Source: Ministeria vibrans ATCC 50519
Lineage: Eukaryota > Protista > Filasterea
NCBI GenBank assembly: GCA_943704425.1
Contig: CALSCP010001507.1
Span: forward strand, 665 to 64,664
Length of the DNA stretch: 64,000 bases
Direction of reading: 5' to 3'
Part shown: positions 57,834 through 64,000 of the stretch, piece after piece
Position numbering within the stretch: position 1 is the stretch's first letter
Layout of the letters: every line of letters begins with the position of its first letter
Made by a program: the position numbers and the translations under genes
The notes under the pieces: generated by a model
What the model saw: the letters and a program-made list of their open reading frames with translations, nothing else
Told to the model about the DNA's origin: nothing
Database searches by the model: none

Positions 57834-59192
57834 CTCATTTCTCGCCGCCCTTGGTCAAGCCACACTCGCAACGACCGCCCTACTCGGCGCCCTCTACTGG
57901 TTCCTGGTCGTTCTGTTCTTTGGCAACTTCATCTCGTGGCTCTTCCTCGCAGGTATGCCAACTCCGGCGATTCCTTCAGGCGCGCACTAACCACCCTGCG
58001 TGTTAGGCGCCATCCTTCCCCTCCCCACCCTTCTTCACGCACACAAGGCGCCCGACCACCTTGACCACACCAACACAAAGGCACGTGTCAGCGAGAGGCG
58101 CTGCCAAGCACCCTCTGCAGGCCGATTTGGGCGCGCTCTCACTGCCAGCGGACTGCTCGTTGGCGCTCTCACTCTCCTCTGCTTCGCCAATGTCGCCCGT
58201 TTCTTCTCCACCGAGTTGGTGCGCCGCGGACCCAATCGCGATACCCTCATGGTGACGCCGACGGACGCGAACGTGCTCCAGCTGCGCGAAGAGTTCTTTG
58301 CAACACACTCCCCTGCCGCCTATTTCTCCCTTCCCTTCCACAACCAAATGCTCTCCGTCGACATCTTCATCCGCGACACCATCATCTGGGAAGCCGACTA
58401 CTCCTACTACCACATGATAGGCACATACCTGTCGCCCCACGAAGTCATCGAACGTCGCCACGGCGACTGCCAAGGACAGGTACAACCCAATTTGTAATAT
58501 TCGCCTGCGTATGAATGATTTCTCACTTCATTCATTTATTTTTAATTGGAAATGTTTTCTTCCTCTTCATTTATTTATTTCTCTAGGCTGTGACCACTGC
58601 CTCACTCCTCAAAGCACTTTCAAACTACCATGTGGAGGTGGACCACGGGCCAGCGCTGTTCGAGGCGTGGGTGGTGGAGACACCCTTCCACTGGTGGACA
58701 ATGGCGCAGTCGCTATCGAGCGGCGCCACACACTACCTCAACCAACACGGAAGCGCAGGCAACAACGGCACCGTGCTACCACAGACGCCCACCCTTGCAT
58801 TTACCAACCCTCCGCCTGGCGTCAACCGCACTGGCACCCTCTACACCGCCGCCCCCTGGTCCGCCCTTGCCGCCTCCTGGACCGGCGCGCACATCCTCAA
58901 GCGCGAGATGCTTCCGTCTCTCACCGTCGACAAGACGCTCGCCTACGCCTTTACCATCGCCTTTGCCTTTGCCCTTTTTGCCGCTTTTGTCTACGGTGAC
59001 ACCTCTTCCGCAGCCGCTCTTGAGCTTGCCCTCCTCCGCCTTGCCGTTGCCTTCCTCCTCACCCTCCTCTCTCTCGCCCTTCTCGTTCTCCTCATCCTCC
59101 TCCATTATCCCATCGCCTTTCTCCATCTTGCCTTCTCCCTCACCACCACTCTCGCTCTTCTCACTAACGATCCCCACCTCAACCCCCAATAA
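57565..59192 (+). CDS. Multi-pass membrane protein with a transglutaminase-like (Cys-His) domain
   Basis: YLSPHEVIERRHGDCQGQ|AVTTASLL...PFHWW flanked by hydrophobic segments. Confidence 0.7.
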
Positions 59193-59306
59193 ACTTTCTT
59201 CTCTACATTAAAATTATTATGAATTGATTTTATTATAGTTCATATTGTTCCATTACACATCTCTCTCTCTCTCCTCCTCCTCCTCCTCCTCTCTCTCGGT
59301 CTCTCT

Positions 59307-62300
59307 CTACACAAAACTCTCAGTGCCCCAACTGGGATCAATGACAAGGACATTTTCAGGCACATAAGACAGGTCCTCGACACTTGTGAAGACTGTGCGC
59401 TCAACCGTGAATGGCAAAGGGTCTTCGTCGCCTTCGCTAGCTGTGCCGTCGCCCTGGAACACATCCTCAACGGCCGGCACGGGCACTTCCAGACTCGGCG
59501 TCGACGAAAAGCCCCGGCCCGTCTTGGGGTCGTGCACACTGACTGCGCTTGAGATCGTTTCTAGCTTGTTCTCGGCCGTCATCGGCTCGTCGTTCGTTTC
59601 CAGCTTGTTCTCGGCCGTCGTCGGCTCGTCGTCGCTGTCGCTGTCGTCGCGCGCTGCTGCGCCCATCACCATCGAGTGCTTCCCTGCAAACATGCTCGAC
59701 GAAGGCTCACTGCGCGACAGCGGATCATCCATGGAAGACATTGCCATGCTGTCCCGCCCACTCGCCTCCAGCGTCGTCGCACTCGATGCCATCAGCGAGT
59801 GCGGTGCGTGCGCTGCCATCGACTCCTCTGCCGCCGCCTTGGTTGCTGCCCGTGTCGCCGCTCGCTTCTGCTCTCGCAGCGCCTTGGCCTGCTCGCGCTT
59901 CTCACGCGCCGATGCCGACACACTCGACCCCCCGCTCGTCGACATGCTGTGGTGTGTCGAGTGCGTCGACACCGAGCCATGCGACGACGTCGACAGGTAG
60001 CCGCGTCGGTTTAGTTCGGTTCGCAACTCGTCGTAGACGCGTCGCTGCACAGCGTACATTAGGAAGATGAAAAAGCCCTGGCTCGCATTGAACAGCACAA
60101 ACAGCACGTTGAGCGCAAAGGTACCCTCGCTGATCGCAAGTGGCCCCAAAATCCACGTGAAGCCCAGCAGAATAAACAGTCCCAGTAGAATGCGCACCTG
60201 CGACTTGTCAGACTTCTGTTTGCTCGTTGACGAAATAGCCTTGCGCCGCGACGTGTTGAGCGTCATCATGATGCGCACAAAGAGATAGGTGTTCACCAAA
60301 ATGGCCAGCAGCACCGGCGCAAAGAAGGTTGCGTACAGCACAGCCCCCTGGCGCACCCAGCAGGCGCTCTCCGTCCCGTACGCGTCGTGGTCAGATGCGA
60401 CGCCAATCACCGTCAGCAGAAGCGGCAAACACCAGGCAAACACCAGCATGCGCCGACGGTACATCTGCACGCCACTCTTGAGCAGCACAATACCAAAGTA
60501 GAGCGAGAATATCATCACAATGGTAATAAAAAAGTTGGCAAGCAGGAAGAACTGCAGGAGCGCAGCCGTCAGTGAACAGGCGCCCATGGGCGACACACGC
60601 CCCAGCCCCGCAATCACCGTCACGTCCACCAGGAAGATCGCCAGGCACAAGTGCATCAGAAGCTCCATCGCAAAGGTGCGCAGCTTCTTGAGGAAGAGGT
60701 ACAGGAAGAAGGTGATGACAACGCCAACGAGCGACAGCGAACAGGCCACCGTCGTCAAGATGCTTAGCGCCTTGGTCTGGCTCTCGCTAATGCCACCCGC
60801 ACCGGGTGTCTTAAAGAGTACCGCAAACGACGTGAAGTGGGTGCAGCAACACTCAAGCCACTGGTCGCCTCGCCCCGACTCCACACAGCCATCCGACACC
60901 CACTCCTTCGAGTCGGTCGAATAGAAGTTGCACGTCGCGTTGACCGCGTCCTGATCAGCTCTAAAGGTCGTGTTAAAGCAGAAGGGACAGGGCAGCTCCG
61001 TGCCGGCAGCCAGACCGCCAAAGCCCGCCGAAATGACCGACGACGGCACAAAGGTTTCGCTCGTGTTGGACGGGAAGAAAGCATCATTGGCAGTGACGGC
61101 AACGCGGAAAATAAAATCGCCCGCGCGCGATGGGAACGCCGACAAGAGACACAGCGGAAGCGTAAAGTCAATGCCCAGCTCTGTCGACAGGCCCATATCG
61201 GTGGCAGTCAGTGCGGCTGTGTCGTTGCTCGTGTACGTCAAATTGGCAGTCGTCGCTGGGAAGCGCGCCGACGCCACAGCGACAAAGGGCGTCGCCTTGG
61301 CGGCAAAAGTGATCGACACGTTGCCCGTCTGCGTCGCCACAGATTCACTTTGGGCCAGAGTGCCTCCAGTCTGCGAGAGCGCACCCGCAAACTTGTCCAG
61401 TGCCTCCACATAGTCGGTGCGCGAGCCAGGCGTGCTTTGCCGTTGGTTGACGGCGAGCGATGTCGATGGCATCGCCACAATGTTGTCAAATGAGCTCAGA
61501 ATGAAGTTGGTATCGTTTAGTGCGAGTCCCGTTGGACTAGCCGACGCAAAATCAACCAGATCGTGGACAATAATGGAAACCGCCTCCGTCTCGTTCAGAT
61601 TAAATCCTGCCGACGTTGTTGAAGCAATAAAAACAAGTCTGGCAGCAGACTCGGCCGAGCTCGCAGTGGTGGTGTTGCCCGATACGAGCGACTGGGCCTG
61701 ATTCAGAATCGTCTGCGCACGCACGCAGCCGGACTCGTCGGGTGCTGCCCACACACCGCCTCGCAGACACACACGTTTCACATTGCCCACAAACCCAACC
61801 AGACACGACAGAGTCACGTTGCTCAGCTCGACAGTGCGCGCATAGGCAATACCAGAGACCTTCTCGGCCGGACAAAACAACGGGAAGTCATTCACAGGGA
61901 TGGTCACGCGCGACTCTGCTGCCACCGTGCTAACTGCGGCGCCGCCCGACACCGACAAAATCTTCACGATGAACACCTCGTTATCCTCGGGAATAGTGTC
62001 CTGCACAGTCTGTATGTAGATACGCGCCACAGTCTCATCCGCAAGCAGTGTCGCCACGCCTGTCGTATTCAAGTAGTCTATGCCGGCATGTGCCGTGTTC
62101 GCAACCGCCGCCCAGCTCACTGATATTTTTCCGTCTGCACCGTTGGAGCGCTGCAACGTAACGACAGCCAAGGCACCCTCGTTGACAGTAAGGCTACTGG
62201 GCGACAAGGAGACAACGCCATGCGCCTGTTCGCACAATGTGCCCGTACCACCCAACCGACACACACACGAAAACCGATTGACGCCGTCCACACACTGAGC

Positions 62301-64000
62301 GCTGTTCTGGCACGGCGAAGAGCCACACTCGTTCACATTTGTTTCGCACTGGACACCAATAAACCCGAGCGGGCAGCGGCACGAGTACTGGCCCACAGAC
62401 TCGGTGAGGCAGGTGGCGCCATTGACGCACGGCACCGACAAACACTCGTCGATATCCGTCTCGCACAGATCGCCGGTAAACCCTTGAGCACAAATACAAG
62501 CAAACGTAAAGTCGGCGTCGACACACGTCGCTCCATTGGTGCACGGCGACGAGACACACTCGTCGACGGAGAACAGGCCCAGCACGCCCGAGCTAAATAC
62601 CGAAGCGGACACTTTCCCGTTAACCACAGCCCGTCGTCGTCCCAACAAGACGCTGCCAGCGGGAACCCAGTCATTCGTGCCTAAAGGCGCGATGTACATC
62701 AGCAGCTGGTTTGCTTGCGTGTCTGTGAGCCCAGTGGGTGCCGGCAACGACGCAATCACACCACTGAACACGGTCAGCTGACCCATATCGCCTTCAATAA
62801 AAAACTCGTACGTGTCGCCAACCAGAGCGGCGTTAGGAAAGGGTAGTGTCAAGCTGGACACAAGAGAATCGTTGGAAGAGACGGAATGAACTCCAATCTT
62901 CACAGCGGACGTAAAAGCCTTGTCAGAGACAGTAATAGACACATTGTTCGCAAACACGAACACCCCGCCGGCAGTGGACACCAGCGATGGAATGTGACAG
63001 AGTGTGCCCACAAAAGAGACACTCTGACAGTCGCACAAAAACGAATCAACTCCGTCCACACACTGACCGTTGTTTTGACAGGGGGTCGACAGACACTCGT
63101 CAATGTTAGATTCGCACTGAACACCAGTAAACCCCGATGGACACAAGCAGACGAACAAGCCCGCTCGTCCACCTTCACTGCACGTACCGCCGTTCGTGCA
63201 CGGCGTAGACAAACACTCGTTCATATCAGATTCGCAGTGAGTGCCAGTGAATCCAGTGACGCAAACACACTCAAACATATCGGGACTGGATCCTTCGCTG
63301 CACGAACCTCCATTTGCACACGGAGACGATTCGCATTCATTGGCATCCGTCTCACACAACAATCCTGTAAAACCAGGAGGACATACGCAGAGAAAAACGT
63401 TCACACCACTCTCGGTGGAACAAAGTCCGCCATTTGAGCAGGGCGACGAGGCACACTCATCCATGTCAGACTCACAGTTCGTTCCAGTGAACCCAGGAGA
63501 ACAAGTGCACTCAAAGCGATTCGATGAGAAACCCTCAGAGCAAAGGCCCCCGTTGGCACAAGGAGAAGATGCACACTCATCCATGTCAGACTCACAGTTC
63601 GTTCCAGTGAACCCAGGAGAACAAGTGCACTCAAAGCGATTCGATGAGAAACCCTCAGAGCAAAGGCCCCCGTTGGCACAAGGAGAAGATGCACACTCAT
63701 CCATGTCAGACTCACAGTTCGTTCCAGTGAACCCTGGAGCGCAGGAACACTCGAACGAATTCGGCAACAAACCCTCGACGCAGCTCCCACCATTTGCGCA
63801 AGGCGATGAAGAACACTCATCAACGTCCGATTCGCAATTCGTTCCAGTAAATCCGGCAGCACAAAAACACGAAAACAAGTTAGGGGAAGAATCCTGGCGG
63901 CACAATCCACCATTTCCACACGGGGACGAGGTGCACTCATCAACGTCGGACTCACAAAATGCCCCAGTGAAACCAAACGCGCAGACACATGAGTAAAAAT
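59307..64000 (-). CDS. Adhesion GPCR: EGF array, ZU5-like, EGF, Calx-beta, HormR, GAIN/GPS, 7TM, long tail (5' end beyond the window)
   Basis: GPS CNFY...WVSDGC...CCCTHFTSFAVL; Calx-beta TAHAGIDY..QDTIPEDNEVF; HormR FCP...RVCLRGGVWAAPDESGC; seven hydrophobic segments with LLGFTW and FNASQGFFIF. Confidence 0.93.
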   Translation of the reverse strand, partial: FYSCVCAFGFTGAFCESDVDECTSSPCGNGGLCRQDSSPNLFSCFCAAGFTGTNCESDVDECSSSPCANGGSCVEGLLPNSFECSCAPGFTGTNCESDMDECASSPCANGGLCSEGFSSNRFECTCSPGFTGTNCESDMDECASSPCANGGLCSEGFSSNRFECTCSPGFTGTNCESDMDECASSPCSNGGLCSTESGVNVFLCVCPPGFTGLLCETDANECESSPCANGGSCSEGSSPDMFECVCVTGFTGTHCESDMNECLSTPCTNGGTCSEGGRAGLFVCLCPSGFTGVQCESNIDECLSTPCQNNGQCVDGVDSFLCDCQSVSFVGTLCHIPSLVSTAGGVFVFANNVSITVSDKAFTSAVKIGVHSVSSNDSLVSSLTLPFPNAALVGDTYEFFIEGDMGQLTVFSGVIASLPAPTGLTDTQANQLLMYIAPLGTNDWVPAGSVLLGRRRAVVNGKVSASVFSSGVLGLFSVDECVSSPCTNGATCVDADFTFACICAQGFTGDLCETDIDECLSVPCVNGATCLTESVGQYSCRCPLGFIGVQCETNVNECGSSPCQNSAQCVDGVNRFSCVCRLGGTGTLCEQAHGVVSLSPSSLTVNEGALAVVTLQRSNGADGKISVSWAAVANTAHAGIDYLNTTGVATLLADETVARIYIQTVQDTIPEDNEVFIVKILSVSGGAAVSTVAAESRVTIPVNDFPLFCPAEKVSGIAYARTVELSNVTLSCLVGFVGNVKRVCLRGGVWAAPDESGCVRAQTILNQAQSLVSGNTTTASSAESAARLVFIASTTSAGFNLNETEAVSIIVHDLVDFASASPTGLALNDTNFILSSFDNIVAMPSTSLAVNQRQSTPGSRTDYVEALDKFAGALSQTGGTLAQSESVATQTGNVSITFAAKATPFVAVASARFPATTANLTYTSNDTAALTATDMGLSTELGIDFTLPLCLLSAFPSRAGDFIFRVAVTANDAFFPSNTSETFVPSSVISAGFGGLAAGTELPCPFCFNTTFRADQDAVNATCNFYSTDSKEWVSDGCVESGRGDQWLECCCTHFTSFAVLFKTPGAGGISESQTKALSILTTVACSLSLVGVVITFFLYLFLKKLRTFAMELLMHLCLAIFLVDVTVIAGLGRVSPMGACSLTAALLQFFLLANFFITIVMIFSLYFGIVLLKSGVQMYRRRMLVFAWCLPLLLTVIGVASDHDAYGTESACWVRQGAVLYATFFAPVLLAILVNTYLFVRIMMTLNTSRRKAISSTSKQKSDKSQVRILLGLFILLGFTWILGPLAISEGTFALNVLFVLFNASQGFFIFLMYAVQRRVYDELRTELNRRGYLSTSSHGSVSTHSTHHSMSTSGGSSVSASAREKREQAKALREQKRAATRAATKAAAEESMAAHAPHSLMASSATTLEASGRDSMAMSSMDDPLSRSEPSSSMFAGKHSMVMGAAARDDSDSDDEPTTAENKLETNDEPMTAENKLETISSAVSVHDPKTGRGFSSTPSLEVPVPAVEDVFQGDGTASEGDEDPLPFTVERTVFTSVEDLSYVPENVLVIDPSWGTESFV
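63451..63734. repeat. Perfect 120-bp tandem repeat (one EGF unit), about 2.4 copies
   Basis: 63481-63600 is identical to 63601-63720. Confidence 0.95.

Noticed and set aside
59386-63996. Numerous plus-strand ORFs opposite the adhesion GPCR and other GC-rich exons
   Set aside because: Shadow ORFs caused by codon bias, with no recognisable motifs

Overview
Gene-dense, intron-rich eukaryotic DNA (GT-AG introns of about 50-600 bp, many filled with (CT)n, (GT)n or (ATA)n, plus several N gaps). The gene content (Src-family tyrosine kinase, EGF/Calx-beta/GAIN adhesion GPCR, FG-GAP and EGF surface proteins) points to a unicellular holozoan (inference). Conserved genes include Pin1, a SIRT2-class sirtuin, scramblase, COX16, GalE, acid lipase, a synaptophysin-like protein, a MOSPD2-like protein, CBS, HAT1, an SLC35F-like transporter and ACADS. 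Three observations stand out. (1) A head-to-head gene pair 204 bp apart looks like a cubam-type receptor: a secreted protein with a cubilin-like N-terminus plus EGF, HYR and bacterial DUF285/BspA repeats, and a small amnionless-like membrane protein. A second cubilin-N-like protein carrying FG-GAP propellers lies at 40.6 kb. (2) A tRNA-Gln(CUG) has a non-canonical D-arm intron with bulge-helix-bulge geometry. (3) The sirtuin is split by a 9-kb block whose two ends carry phase-compatible gene halves, which could be a real rearrangement or a misassembly. All homology calls come from motif recognition; no searches were run.
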